Positions 63,732 to 64,000 of a DNA stretch of 64,000 nucleotides are shown here, piece by piece; position 1 is the first letter of the stretch; each line of letters opens with the position of its first letter. Source of the stretch: Chara braunii (lineage: Eukaryota; Plantae; Charophyceae); the NCBI GenBank assembly GCA_003427395.1, contig BFEA01000006.1:2419337-2483336 (forward strand), in the 5' to 3' direction. Made by a program: the position numbers and the translations under genes. The notes under the pieces are model-generated. The model worked only from the letters and a program-made list of their open reading frames with translations. It was not told where the DNA came from and searched no databases.

Positions 63732-63934
63732 TTTCGAAAGCCGAAGTGGCAATTGGTGACTGCCCCTTCTTCAACCCAGAAGATCAGGCGATATTCACAT
63801 CAGCGTAGGATCGTACCGCAAAACAACAACGAGATTCTACTTGCAGGCTCAGCAAGGCCCCTTTTTGCCCCTGTAGGACTTTATTCTCACCTGCACAAAA
63901 ATAACACCTGTAAGCACGGAATCGTTGGGCCACT

Positions 63935-64000
<66 letters not shown>
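63935..64000. repeat. (CT)n microsatellite upstream of SF3A2
   Basis: Read directly from the sequence. Confidence 0.95.

Overview
Repeat-dominated eukaryotic nuclear DNA from a gapped short-read scaffold. It is most consistent with a green plant or streptophyte alga; a Chara-like genome is inferred from the TE types and the SF3A2 sequence, not proven. Left to right: (1) a decayed Ty3/Gypsy LTR retrotransposon of more than 20 kb on the minus strand (1-20675), with gag-PR-RT-RH-INT, a leader encoding four tandem copies of an unrecognised domain, and an intact antisense ORF after integrase; (2) a decayed minus-strand rDNA unit (LSU 3' end, spacer, 18S) whose 18S is split at about nt 85 by a 7.2-kb poly(A)-tailed APE-type LINE with an internal inversion, and cut at about nt 1475 by the Gypsy terminal repeat; (3) satellites and minisatellites; (4) a remnant of a second, diverged Gypsy carrying a homologous intact antisense ORF and a mitochondrial-type insert (maturase fragment plus tRNA-Leu); (5) two more decayed LINEs; (6) a Nextera mate-pair junction adapter with an artefactual exact duplication; (7) the only clear host gene, an intron-free SF3A2 CDS with a very long Pro-rich tail. 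The best novelty candidates are the Gypsy accessory modules (repeated leader domain, conserved antisense RGG/transmembrane protein, ATACCAAACC motif array) and the LINE in a conserved 18S site. All alignments were done by eye and TE boundaries are approximate unless stated.
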